A stretch of DNA of 64,000 nucleotides, taken from positions 148,306,001 to 148,370,000 of the forward strand of contig NC_086097.1 in the NCBI RefSeq assembly GCF_963921235.1, given 5' to 3'. This DNA comes from Mobula hypostoma (Eukaryota). Below the pieces are notes generated by a model, which was not told the DNA's origin, did not search any database, and saw only the letters and a program-made list of their open reading frames with translations. Shown here piece after piece: positions 25,393-38,324 of this stretch (the stretch's first letter is position 1; each line of letters starts with the position of its first letter). The position numbers were made by a program, and so were the translations under genes.

Positions 25393-28270
25393 GGAGGTCT
25401 TCTGGTGCTAACATCTCTAACACATGACATGTTCATTTTCTTATCACTGATTGTGGGCAAGTTGGTTAATCTGTTTCTTTTATTAAAGGAGATTGATTAG
25501 CTCCATGAGCTTGTGAGGGATTGTTAAGAATTATAAACTTTCATATTAGAAATACGTATTTGTTTCATTAACCAGAACCTCCATATCTAACCTAGAGACA
25601 AGCTACTTCAAGTGAAGGTCATTGTTTGGCAATATAGGTCAGTTCTTTTCTTTACTTCAGCATAGCCAGACCTTGTAGGCATTTCCTACAGTTCTCCATT
25701 TCAATATTTTTATATTTCTTGCTTTGTGCTCTCCACCTTTCCTCATAAACACATAAACAAGTGAACTTCATCAACAGCATGTCTCCACAGCAACCCTGAT
25801 CACATCTTATCATTCTATCGCAATCCTTTTATTCAGCTGAGGCAAAATAACTCAAGAGTGATCTAGCCTTTTCCTACCTCTCTGCTAAAGAAACACACCA
25901 CTTCCCTTTTGACTCTCATTGACTTTTATAGATGTAAAATAAAAAGCATCCTATCTGGATGCACCATTGCATGATATGGCAACTGCTCTGTCCGAGACGG
26001 AAAGAAACTGAGTGTTGTGGACATGGTTCAAGAACATCATAAAAACCAACCTCCCCTCCATGGTATTTGCGTACACTTCTCAGTTCCACTATAATCAATG
26101 ACCTCACCCTGGGAATTCTCTCTTCTACTCTCTCCCATTTCGTAGAAGATCCAAAGCCTGAAGGCACATAGCATCAGGTCTAAATACAGCTTCTCCTTCA
26201 CTGCTCTTATACTAGTGAGTGATTCCTGTAGTATGATGAGACAGACTCTTGACCGTACAGTAAGAACATAAGACATAGGAGCAGAATTAGGCCAGTCAGC
26301 CCATCGAGTCCATTTTGCAATTTCATCATGGCTAATCCTGGATCCTATTCAACTCAATACCTCTCACCATATCCCTTGATGCCCAACCAATCTAGCCTTG
26401 CATATTATTGTTTGCCTGCACTGCACTTTCTTTGTAACTGTGACACTTTATTCTGCATACCTCAATGCTTTGATGCAATGAATTGATCTTTATGGATACA
26501 TGAAAAATTAAGATTTCACTATGAATGTGGCAATAATAAGCCTATTTAGTAATTTACCAATATACCAGCTATCTTGTTTTTCTTCTTTTCTGCTCTGATG
26601 AGGGATCTTCTCTTTAACAAATGAGTGTTACCAGCAGCTTTTGTTTTCATTTCAAACTTACGAGCCAGCTTATGAATGATGATCATAAAATAAGACGACT
26701 GAGGAGGAGAAAAAATGTCTTCAGGAACAAACAATGTTCTGAACTGACGCATACAGTACCTACTGCTCACTGAGTCGACCTGAGAGTCAGATGAGCAAAG
26801 TGTAATCTTTTCCTTGTAGAATAGCAGGTTTGCTATAGTCACGTGTGGTAAAGCTTACAATTATTGCCATTTTTAATATTCTACAAATGATAAATTTCAT
26901 TTTAGTGGTAAAACAGCCATTGAGAAGAAAGCTGTAGAAGATTAATCAACTGGAAATGAGAAGACCACAGAAGCTCAGGAGGTTATTTAGTAGGTCTGAC
27001 AATATTACTGCAAGCTCAGTACAATGTTGTACTAACCAATAAAAGAGATATATAAAGTTGTTCCCTAAATATTTAAACAAGAAGGAAGACAAAAAATGGA
27101 TGGTGACAGTTAGAGGAAGAATTCAAACACCACAAATGTTATTATAGAATGGCTATTTTGAGTGAATTGCCTGAAAGATGCTGAAAACATATTGTGGTAA
27201 TGAATTGTCGTCATCAGCTGTGCCCACTCTCAGTTCCCCCGAGAGCAAAGCCCAGCAAAAATAAGTTCCTGATATGAGGCAGCTGAGACTGGAAGCCCTC
27301 CAGACCTTGCTGACATGAGCAATGTTTCTTCGACAAACCTTTATCAGCATAATTTAATTAAAACTAGCCCAAATGCAATTTCTCAATGACAGTTACAAAG
27401 GTCTGGGTTCGTTGGCCAAATATTGTTATTTTCCATTAGCAACTCTCTTGAAATGTAATGAAATTGTAGAAATCTTCAGTGGGATAACCCTTATAAACAG
27501 TCAATTGGGCATTAATAACATTTATTTCAGAAACTTAGAAATGACAGTTAATGATGTTAACACATTGGCATGGCCAGCACGTGAATTAATCCTTTCCATT
27601 AAATTGTTCAATGCCTTTGTTAAATACTAATATTAATTTGAAAACGGTTAAACATCTGCCTGATATAATCAGTCACATTTTGGGTTGGTATAGAAAATAT
27701 TCCACCTCAGTGTGAAAACAAACGGAGGGGAAATAGTCTCACAGTTATGTAAAAGATCCCAGCTTCCTTCAATATCCTTAATTGAGAGGATATTGAATAT
27801 TGTATCATCATTAATTACAATAAGCTTTCAGACAGAGAGCAAAAGCCCTCTCTTTCATTTCATGAGATAATCCTTGTTCAACAAAGTTGAGAATTACAGA
27901 CAGAATTAAAATGCATTTACAGACGCAAAGTTACTTGGAGGGGAATAGGAAAGGAAAGTGTAAAGTGTCTTGCATCAGTTAAGTGACAATTGAGGAAGGT
28001 TGAGTTTAATGTTAGGAAATGTGTCGTCATCTAATTTGGAGCAGGCAAGAACAAATCAAAGGAGAAATTAACAGACCTGAAATTATGGAGGGTGAAAGGG
28101 ATTTCAATGTCTGCTCATCTATCTATATCACATTTAAGTAGCGCTTCTGGCGAATTCACAATGCTTCCAAAGAATGCACTTTGCCAGCTTTAAGAGTGTT
28201 CATTTTTGCGATCTTAGGATTTGCAAGTAGATGGTTAAATTTTTGCACTGACTTTTAGTATTAATGCGGT

Positions 28271-28554
28271 TTCCTGCTAGAAGCCCCAATATGTTCCATG
28301 GCAAGTAAAATTTAATAGGTGGAGGGACTCTTTCACTGATAACCATTGATGGATCATTTTGGATTTCTCAACTGTGCTATTGGGAATTAACTTCTCAAAG
28401 GCCATGATAGAATTAAGGTGGGGACTGATTTTATTTTTAGGGCTGGTGATATGGCAGCTAACTACATGAGATAATATTTCAAAGTGTGCAGATACATACC
28501 CAAACATAAGCAAAGGCCATCAGGCCATTCACTGACCTGGTAATTTATGATAAT
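28271..28554. repeat. Diverged direct repeat, copy 1 (copy 2 at 29767-29983)
   Basis: Identical blocks ATGTTCCATGGCAAGTAAAATTTAATAGG, AAAGGCCATGATAGAATT and TCACTGACCTGGTAATTTATGATAAT in both copies. Confidence 0.85.
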
Positions 28555-29705
28555 CAAAGGAAATTTATTATCAGAATATATGCAAAGGAAGACAAACTAT
28601 GCAAATGCAAAATAAATAAATAATATGGAGAAAGTGAGTTTAAGTGTGTTTGAAAGTGAGTCCACAGGATGTGGAATCAGTTCAGTGTTGAGGTGAATGA
28701 GGTTATTCATGATGTTTAAAGGGTAATAACTGTTCCTGAACCTGGTGGTGTGGGACCTAAGGCTCCTGTACTTCTCTCCCGACAGCAACAGAGAGAAGAG
28801 AGCATGGTGTGGATTATGGGGGTTCTTGATGATGGATGTTGCTTTCTAATGGCAGTGCTCCTTGTAGATGTGCTCAATATTGGGGAGGACTTTTGTGCAA
28901 TGGACTGGCTGTATCCATCACTTTTTGTAGATTTCTCTGTTCTTGGGCATTGCTGTTTCCAAACCAGGCCATACTTCAACCATTCAGTATTCTCTCCACA
29001 GCGCATCTATAGAAGTTTGTCAACATTTTAGATGACATGCCGAATCTGTGCGAACTTCTAAAAAAATTAAGGTGCTGCTGTGCCTTATTTTAACGATACT
29101 TACATGTTATTATCAGTACAGATCCTCTGCTTTGATATCACCAAGGAATTCAAAGTTGCTAACCATCTGCACCTCTGATTCTCTAATGAGCACTGGCTGA
29201 TAATAGACCTTCAGTTTCCTCTTCCTGTAGTCAATAATCAGTTCCTTAGTTTTGTTAAAATTGAGTGAGAGTTTGTTGTGCACAGTTCAAGCAAATTTTC
29301 AGTGGCTCGCCGCACCCCCCACCCCCGCCATATGCTGATTTGTCACCACCTGAGATTCAGCTACAACAGTAGCCAGCAAACTTAAATACAGCATTGGAGC
29401 TGTGATTAACCTCCCAGGTATAAGCATAAAGTGTGTAGTGCAGAAGGTTAAACACACAGCCTTGTAGTGCTCCTGTGCTGATGGAGATTGTGCAGGAGAT
29501 ATTGTTGCCAATCTGAACTGACTGGGATATGCAAGTGAGCAAATCGAAGATCCTGTTGCACAGGAGATATTGAGGCCAAGGTCTTGGAGCTTATTGATTA
29601 GATTTGACGGGATGATAATGTTGAATGCTGAGCTGATCTTCATTGACTAGATGTTCCAGGGTTGAGTGAAGAGCCAATGAAATGGTATCTGTTGTTGACC
29701 TGTTG
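28555..29705 (-). mobile_element. Degenerate Rex1/Babar-like LINE (RT to 3' end)
   Basis: SAFNIIIPSNLINKLQDLGL, STGALQGCV, KFA and YRSLRSHTTRFRNSYYP spread over broken frames. Confidence 0.8.
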
Positions 29706-29766
29706 AGATCATAGGATTTGTCAGGAAATGGTCAAATTCTTTGTACTAACTTTACATTAAAGGAAG

Positions 29767-29983
29767 TTCCTGTTAGAAGCCTCAAAATGTTCCATGGCAA
29801 GTAAAATTTAATAGGCAGTTTATTTCCCTGATAACCATTCATGGATTGTTATGGATATCTCAAATGTGCTGCTGGAGATTAACTCCTCAAAAGGCCATGA
29901 TAGAATTCATGTGGAGAGTGATATCTTTTAGGACTGGTTTGAGGGCTGTTTGCCCACTCACTGACCTGGTAATTTATGATAAT
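29767..29983. repeat. Diverged direct repeat, copy 2
   Basis: Shares the blocks listed for copy 1 and lacks about 65 bp present near 28450-28520. Confidence 0.85.
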
Positions 29984-30299
29984 GTATGTGCAATTTTAAG
30001 TCTAGGTATAATTGTAACACTGCACATTTAATTCCTTTGAAAACATACAAGCTTTCAAGCCCTTTTATTCTGGATGATACTTATAAACTTAAAGTAAGAA
30101 TATCAATTTCATAACAGTTTTAAAGGATATGACATTCATTATTGAAATATTCACAGAGTGTATTTGATATAAACAGAAATTTCAGTGAGATTACTCATAG
30201 TTCATACTGTTAACAGTAAATATTTCAAATTCACTGTATCTACATTGACCTTTATCAATTTCTATGAATTAGTGGTTTTTACCATAATAATAACAAGTT

Positions 30300-31350
30300 T
30301 GAGTTTTTTGCGGAGGCTTAAAAGATGATTGATGAGGCTAAGGCTGTGGATTTTATATACATAGACTTTAGTAAGCACCTCTCATGGTAGGCTTATCCAG
30401 CAGATTAAGGCACATGATATCATTGGAGACTTGGTGTATTGAATTCAAAATTGGCTTGGCCATTAATGGCAGAACGTATTGGAGGAGAGGTGTTTTTCTA
30501 ACTGGAGGTCTGAGATCAGTGAAATTCTGCAAGAATTCGTGCTGGGACTTCATATGATTTGGACAAATATGTAGGTGAACTGATTAGCAAGTTGGTATAG
30601 TTGTAGGTAGTGAGGAAGGCTGTCAGAGGATTGAATAGGATATACGTACGCCAGAAGGAAACATGGGCAGGAAAATGACAGATGGAATTTAAACTGGTCA
30701 TTTGTGAGGTGTTGGACGTTGGCAGGTCAACTATAAGAGGAAGGTATATAAATGGCAGGACCTTGAGTACCATAAATGTACAGATGGACCTTTGGCTAAA
30801 AGTTCATAACTCGCTCTAAGTCCTAACATAATTAGAAGGGTGGTAGAGAAGGTACTTGGCATTCATCAGTCAGGAAGATGAGTAGGAAAGTTGGAACATT
30901 ATGTTGCTTTTAGGCCACATTTAGAATATTATGTGCAGCTCTGGTTGCAACATTATAGGAAGGAAATAGAGGGCAAAATGTCAAATAAAGAACGCATAAT
31001 TTTAAGGTGTGAAGGGAGAAGTTTAAAAAGGGTTCAAAGGTTCATTTAATATCAGAGAATGTATACAGTATACAACCTGAACTTCTTACTCTTTACAGAC
31101 ATCCAAGAAACAAGAAACCACATTGTATGAATGGTAGAGGTATGGCTAGATAACGCAACCAAACAAAACCAGACCATGTTTTTTACACAGAGAATGGTAG
31201 ATATCCAGAATGTATTGCCAGGCAAAGAGTTGGAAACAGACAAGGTAGCGATATTTGAGTGACATTTAGACAAACATATGAAACTACAGAGAACTGAGGG
31301 ATATGGATACTGTACAGCATAGACTGTACCTTCCTATGTTCTATGTTCAT
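30300..31350 (+). mobile_element. Highly degenerate CR1 RT/3' remnant
   Basis: Nucleotide remnants of EFF..AVD..Y.DFSK, WIQNWL and QMEF, ending in a ttctatg tail. Confidence 0.7.
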
Positions 31351-31674
31351 ATTGTTTTCCTGACTTCACAGTATGTAAAGTCGGCTTTGTACCTTACGGC
31401 ATCCCCGATTGAAGTTTGATAACTGCAGCTGGAAATGTCCATATAGTGAGCTTCACTGTTCTTGTGAGCTGTACTCATTGGTGGCCCTGAAATCTGTTTA
31501 TTTTAGATTGACCTTTGTTCATCAGGAAAGCCACTAAGTTAGTGACATACATCCTTTCTAAAGCAGTACATTGGATGGAAGAAAATTATTTTCTTCTGGT
31601 CAAGGATAGAGACTGAGAAATAGAGGGAATGTCGAAGCATCATGGCAGGCCTTGTTAACTAGCCCAAAATGATG

Positions 31675-32230
31675 TCATATAAACACTGGCAAGGTCACAT
31701 TTGGAACATTGTGTTCAGTTTTGTTCACCCTGCCATAGGAAAGATGCCATCAAGCTGGAAAGAGTGCAGAGGAGATTTACAAAAATGTTGCCGGGATTCA
31801 AGGGACTGAGTTATAGAGAGAAGTTGATCAGGTTGGTACATTATTCATTGGAGTGTAGGAGAATAAGAGGTTATCTTATAGAGTTATATAAAATTATAAG
31901 ATAGGGTGAATAGATACAATCTTTTGCCCAAGGTTGGAGAATCAAGAACTAGAGCCCATATGCTTAAGGTGAAAGAGAAGAGATTTAATAGGATTCTGAG
32001 GGTAACGTTTTCACCCAGAAGATGGCCTTTATATGGAATGAGCTGCTAGAGGAAGTAGTTGAGGAAGATCTAGCTGTTAACAACATTTAAAAGGCACTTG
32101 GACAGGAAAGATATAGAGGGATATGGGCCAAATGTGGGCAAATGAAACTAATTTAGTTGGGCATCTTAATTAGCATGGACTGGTTGGGCTGAAAGGCCTG
32201 TTTCCAAGCTCTCTGACTGAATGACCCTAT
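31675..32230 (+). mobile_element. CR1 3' fragment
   Basis: EHCVQFCSPCHRKDAIKLERVQRRFTKMLPG. Confidence 0.85.
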
Positions 32231-32376
32231 AGGGAACAGGACATGAGTCAAAGGAGGAAAGAAATTATAAGATTAAAGATAAATCTTAACTTCATTTTTG
32301 CATGCACATCAAATCAATGAAACATACAGTGAGATGTATCATTTGCATCAAATCAAATCAACAAGGCTTATATAGG

Positions 32377-32760
32377 CAAACAACAGGAATTCTGCAGATG
32401 CTGGAAATTCAAGCAACACACATCAAAGTTGCTGGTGAACGTAGCTTTCTCCCTCTGTCCCTCTGACTATACCCCTTGCCCATCCTCTGGGTTCCCCCCC
32501 CACTTGTCTTTTTCCCCGGACCTCCTGTCCCATGATCCTCTCATATCCCCTTTGCCAATCACCTGTCCAGCTCTTGGCTCCATCCCTCCCCCTCCTGTCT
32601 TCTCCTATCATTTTGGATCTTCCCCTCCCCCTCCAACTTTCAAATCCCTTACTCACTCTTCCTTCAGTTAGTCCTGACGAAGGGTCTCAGCCTGAAACGT
32701 CGACTGTACCTCTTCCTACAGATGCTGCCTGGCCTGCTGCGTTCACCAGCAACTTTGATG
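32377..32760 (+). mobile_element. Short Penelope-derived insertion with inverted terminal segment and a 14-bp TSD
   Basis: TSD AAGGCTTATATAGG (32363-32376) / AAGGCTTACATAGG (32761-32774). 25-bp inverted repeat 32421-32445 vs 32736-32760 with 1 mismatch. Confidence 0.8.
32670..32705 (+). ncRNA. Minimal type I hammerhead ribozyme motif (Penelope-type)
   Basis: AGTC-CTGACGA-AGG(GTCTCAG)CCT-GAA-ACGT-C-GACT: stem I AGTC/GACT, conserved core, palindromic ACGT stem III, GTC cleavage triplet. Confidence 0.65.
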
Positions 32761-35653
32761 AAGGCTTACATAGGGTAGTCCATAAGTTTTGCCAGCATTT
32801 CATGCCACAACTAACTAACCCTAACTGTAAATCTTTGGAATATATGAGGAAACCAGAGCAACCGGAGAAAACCAACTGGGTTATGAGGAGAATGTACAAA
32901 CTCCTTACAGGCGGAAGTGAAACCTGATACGTGATTGCTGGTGCTGTAAAGTGATGTGTTAACTGCCGCACTACTGTGCCAACTCCTACACAAGCTGTGC
33001 CAACCTCTAAGCAACTGTGCCAACTCCTACGCTACCATGCTGCCTTGTGCCATACTGCAATTTAACAGATTCTGCAAATAATGATGGATTTTCTCCAACT
33101 ATTAAAATATTATTTATTGAATATGGGGAGTATATTCTGCCCACACTGCCTGCATTAAGTATTAGTTGTTAGCTATTGCAGTGTAAAACTAATTCTTTTT
33201 CCACATGTATTTCTTCTGCTTCAAATAGTCCTCTAATTATCCACTTTAACTGCAACAGCTTCTGGTTCAGCTACAACCCATGATTAAATATTTCACACTC
33301 TAAAACCACTACTTAAAGAAATTTTTCTCTGGTTCTTTGGTGATTTCATAAAATTAATGACCCCACCTCATGGAACTCCTAACAAAAATAGGTAATACCT
33401 TACTCCAAAGCCAGCTATTAGGAAATCCATTGAAGTGTATCTATAAGAATACAAGAATATACGAGCAAGACTGTTCACTTAGTCCTTCAAGACTGCCTCA
33501 CCAATCAATATAATTGTGATTGACATAGCCCAAGGCAAAATTCCTCCTCTATGTCAATTCTCCATAGTCTTCAATACCCCAATCTTTCAAAATTTTATCT
33601 TCCTCCACTTTAAAATTCATACTTAGTACAGAGTGTCCATGCTTTACCAAAAGGAACACAATCTCTTCATCCAAATATGAACAGCTTAGGTTATTGTTTG
33701 GTAGAGACAAGATATACAGACATGACAGTTTGTGCAAGAACACTGTTGATGATTTCTTGGATAAAATGAAACGCTAACCAGCAGGGCAGTCAGGAGATTT
33801 TCAAGTCATCTGTAAAAAGACAGATCAGCTTTGAATTTCATCATTGCGTGTGCCATTTTCTAGCCACAATGATCTTAAAAAATAAACAAATTAAACAAAG
33901 ATGAAAAGAACATGGCACAATTAAATATATTCTACAAGTGGTGGAATATCACTGCATTTCAAGCTTTAGGAGTTGGTTATTCAAGCTGCCACGATCTTTG
34001 CCAGAACAACACAAAACAAGCCATCTGCACCTCAAAAGAGGAAAATATTGCTAATTTTTCAAACTAGTACGATCAATTTTGAATCTTCATATCATTATAT
34101 TGAGGTTGCCCATTTCTGTTACTTGGGCAGGTCGTGCTCTGCAACCTGGCATACAAATAGTGCACAGTTTTACAATTACACATGCACATGCATGTAATTG
34201 TACCCAGGTGCAACTGTGATGGCACATGTAGGCACAGCACTTGCACACAATATTGTATGCATCTCCAAAGAAAGAATCATGCAGGCACAAGTGCACTGAA
34301 TATATTAGTTGTTGATAGAAAATATGGGTCTACATAGCGAATAAATAGTTGCCTTAAATTTTATTAGAAGTTCCGTCTGATTGAATCTATCTGATTTATT
34401 ACCACAATGTGTGAACGGACTTCATTTTATTGAGACACAGATAGAATCCGGGACAAGCATTCTCTAGGAAAACTCTAATGGGAAAAGTATCGAAGAGGGG
34501 AAGGGAATACCTAAGCAGGATTAAAGAGATTCTGACAGAGACATTGAAAAGAACCAAAGAGGATGTAGTATGATTCACTCCACAATCGAAGAGGATTACT
34601 TTGGTTGGGTCTGGTTAGGCAAGCTCTGGCTTTTTATCACATTCAAACATGTTGCTAATTCAGCAGAGCTGCGTGACTGTGCGCTGGACTCTTGCTAATT
34701 GCTATATCACTTGCCCAGTGTGAACAGAGAGGAAGCTTAACTCCTCTCATTGCCTGCTGTAATAGGGATTACCGCTCTGGCACAGGCAGTGACCTGGAAA
34801 AAGCTGCAGCTCCCAATGAAGAGAAGGGGAGGGGAGCGCCACTTCTGTTTTCTACTGCAGAAGCATTTAATAAACGCGAGTATGACATCCAGCATCATGG
34901 AAGTGTCCTGTTGTAGCCATTTGTTTCATCTGATGGGTAACTCCTGAATAATTGCTACTGACACTAGAGGGAGGCTTCAACAAGCCTTAGCAATAGTAAA
35001 TATGTTTGTCTGTGGCATAAAACTTGTTTTCCCCACAACTCTTAATTTGATTCCATTATCATCTGTCTTTCCCTGAATCGTGGTCCAGTACTTACCTATA
35101 ATGACACAGAAGGTGACAATGCATCCCATTGGATTTACATTGTCTCCCAGCAGAGCCTTCCCATTCATCCCATTCCTTTTTGTTCTCTGTAAATATACAA
35201 TTTATTCTCTCCCATATGCCTATCAACTTGCTTTTGAATTTTTTTTGCCCTTTTCCTACATTAGTAGTAATTCATAATAACTAGCTAACCTACCAGCATA
35301 TTTTTAGGATATGGTAGGAGACCAGGCCACAAGATCACAGTTACAACATGTGAAGGCCACACAGGCACCAGCCTAGGCTGGGATTGAACACAACTCACAG
35401 AGGTGGTAAGGCAGCAGCACTACCTGCTGCACCACCATGCCATCCTGCAGGTCCTGCAAGTGGTTCAGGATCATGACAAAAAAGGGCAATCCTTGACAAA
35501 AAAAGGTAATTGTATGCTAACCTCTTCTCTTCCACAAATATTGCAGTTACACACACAAACATGAGAAAATCTACGATAACTGGCAATCCAAGCAACACAC
35601 ACAGAATGCTAGAGGAACTCCAGCATGCTGGGCAGCATATATGGAAAAGAGTA

Positions 35654-35691
35654 CAGTCAACGTTTCAGGCTGAGACCTTTCATCAGGACTG
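35654..35691 (-). ncRNA. Second minimal hammerhead ribozyme motif in a Penelope-derived repeat (about 35553-35696)
   Basis: On minus: CAGTC-CTGATGA-A-AGG(TCTCAG)CCT-GAA-ACGT-T-GACTG. Confidence 0.55.
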
Positions 35692-36126
35692 GAAAATATG
35701 ATTATACACCAGAGATGTATGACTGCACAAATGAAGACACCTGTGGTCAGTAACTTTGCAAGGCTTTCCTGAGATCTTTAACACATAAGTTATGATGTAC
35801 AGTAGAATGAAGCCACTCTTTTTGGTTCCAGTCTATTCTCTGATATTGATCTCTGCAGCTATGCTTGTAAAGAGCTTCTCAGTCGATCTTTTATTCAAGG
35901 ACTTCCTCTTGAATTCGGTGTGTCATCAGCACCCCTTCCAACAACCATTCTTAACTTTGCACTTCCCCTGTTCCCTCATGCTGTGTAAACCACCAATATC
36001 TTAATCAGCCCCAAGTGGAAAGTCTCCAAGTTAAAAGAAGAAAAGTAATGCTGAGGGGCAAATTTGAAAGGTTTATGACCCATGGTACTTTAGAAGAAAC
36101 TGCTGGAGTAAGTTTTCTTCATCTCT

Positions 36127-36254
36127 CTATTTATCAAGATTCTCTTCATCTTCCTCATCATTGGCATTCGTGAGGCAGTGTTGAGTTTTTATTAATTTAT
36201 TACTACTATTGTCATCAACATCACCAGTATCTTCTGTCGTGATGGGAATCTCTT
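36127..36254 (-). CDS. Putative terminal coding exon of an unidentified host gene (EEIPITTEDTGDVDDNSSNKLIKTQHCLTNANDEEDEENLDK*)
   Basis: Strong acceptor tcatatttctttccag, acidic protein-like composition, phase 1 matches the upstream exon. Confidence 0.5.
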
Positions 36255-38081
36255 CTGGAAAGAAATATGAACACAAGCTAAGTAAGGAGGAATTATAACC
36301 CTGCAGATGGTGAAAGATAAGAAGCTTAAGATCCTGCATTGCTTCCACAGCTTTGTCTAAATGACAGGGCATTGTTCAGTCATATCCTGGTATTGGCAAT
36401 ACTCCCCCTGGCCAGTCCAAGCAACCTTGTCATACTCACAGTAAGAGCTCTATTGCTTTCTCTTTGCAGAGAATACATATCATGGGGATGCTCCCATGGG
36501 GTCCTACCTGTTTACTTATATCAAGGCAGGTCAAACAGCATTTGTGGAGAGAGAAAAACTGAGTTGGCATTTAAGGTTGATGATCTGTTATCAGATCAGG
36601 TCATTTGGAATTTCTGAATCCAATGTTGAGTCTCAGGTACTGATACGTACCCAATCATGAGACAAGATCTACAATATCAAAGATCGAAGCACAATAGGTC
36701 GATCGGAAGCCTGGAAGTAGAGGTCTGATGACTGAAGTCCTAGGTCTGCAAGACTGCATGTCTACTGGAAGCTAAAGTCTGGAGGTGACCTGTCCTGGGG
36801 TTGGAGGGCTATCTGTGTGCGTGTGCGTGTGTGTGTGGGTGGTTGGTTGGGAGGAATGGGGCTTGTTCTGGTGTAGTTCTTTTATTGCTGTTGTTCTGCA
36901 AACATGGTGGGTATACTATGTTGGTGATGGAATATATGGTACACACTTGTGAGCTGTATTCTATGCTCTAGCACATTCTTAGGTTGCGTTAGTTGTTAAT
37001 GCAAACGATGCATTTCACTGCACGTTTCAATTTACATGTGTTAAATAGATGAATCTAACTCTGTTTCTTGAGATTACACTGGGTTCATTAGAAATTGAAG
37101 ACAGAGACATCAAGACATTATAGTGGAAAGAAGATGAGAAATTATGAGAAATTATGTGGCAGGCAACTGGAGGCTTAGCCATCACCCATCCTTGGGCTGA
37201 ATGAAAGTATTCTGCATTGAGTCTGTGTTTGTTATGGTCTTCTGTAGCGAGGAAATGGGGGCAGAAGCAGTGCCTCCTCATAACCAGTATAGTCAAAACA
37301 GAGGCTGTCCCCAAAACATCTTTATGATGGCACACGAGAAATTGATCGATTTCAAAGGATAATAGTATTCACAAATTGTTTGTGAGTATACCTGGCAGAT
37401 TCCATTCAAGAAGTGGCTTGTGTCTCTGACTCCTCTACCCATGAGGGAGAGAATAGTCTCCTAAAGCCTCGAGAAGCACTACACTTATAAACACTCCCCC
37501 TCCCCCATCCCTCACGCAAGTGGGTTTTCTACAATTGCTCCCAGTTTTAGCCTAAATGCAGGAAATGAACTGAACAAAGTCCCAGTGGGATTTGCACAGG
37601 TCTCGATTTTAAAACTTCTTTCTGGGTATAAATTACCCTCGTGCTGCTCAGAAAATCTTTTACATCAATCTCAGCGTTTTTATGGAATTTCAATTTGGCA
37701 CTAGTACAATGTTGTAGTCACAAAAAAAAGTTAAATCCAATATACTTATAATGACACAGAGGAGACTATTTGGCTCATCAAGTATCTGCTGGCTCCCAGG
37801 GTATAATACCATTTTAGGCATCTGTTTCTTTTCCATTTCTTTATTTGGAAATATTTGTATTTAGCTCAACCACAGGACTGTGTGCAGACTGAATTCTATA
37901 ACAGCTGAGGAGTGAGTTCTCAGCTTGCCAGGGAATTGGAATCACTTATCAATGGCCACAAATAGAGGCAATGCAGATACACAGTGTAATGCCAGCTGGT
38001 CGAGCATAGATCAGCTGGAGTTATGTAAGGAGAAAGAACTGGGAGTTATAACAATTCTGAAATGCATGGAACATTACTTAC

Positions 38082-38174
38082 CCCTTTCATTGCTGATTCC
38101 ACTGTGCAGTACATCATCATGCTCCTTGCTACGTACCCCTGCGAATTTCTCCAGAGTTTGATTGTCTCCAAGTC
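38082..38174 (-). CDS. Putative internal exon, 93 nt, phase 1-1 (GLGDNQTLEKFAGVRSKEHDDVLHSGISNER)
   Basis: Acceptor ...catgtatag, donor GGG|gtaagt, open in the frame required by both neighbours. Confidence 0.5.
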
Positions 38175-38286
38175 CTATACATGTTGCAGCAGGGAACAAC
38201 TAAACATGTGATGGACAATCTCCTGTAGTCAATACAGCAGCCGCTTCCTCTCTCCATTCCTTGTGCTATCACTTCAACTAACATAC

Positions 38287-38324
38287 CTGCTGCACTCTTC
38301 TGTCCCGTCTCCTGAGTGTGAAGA
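38287..38324 (-). CDS. Putative internal exon, 38 nt, phase 2-1 (LHTQETGQKSAA)
   Basis: Acceptor tcattgcattttccag, donor CAG|gtatgt. Confidence 0.5.
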
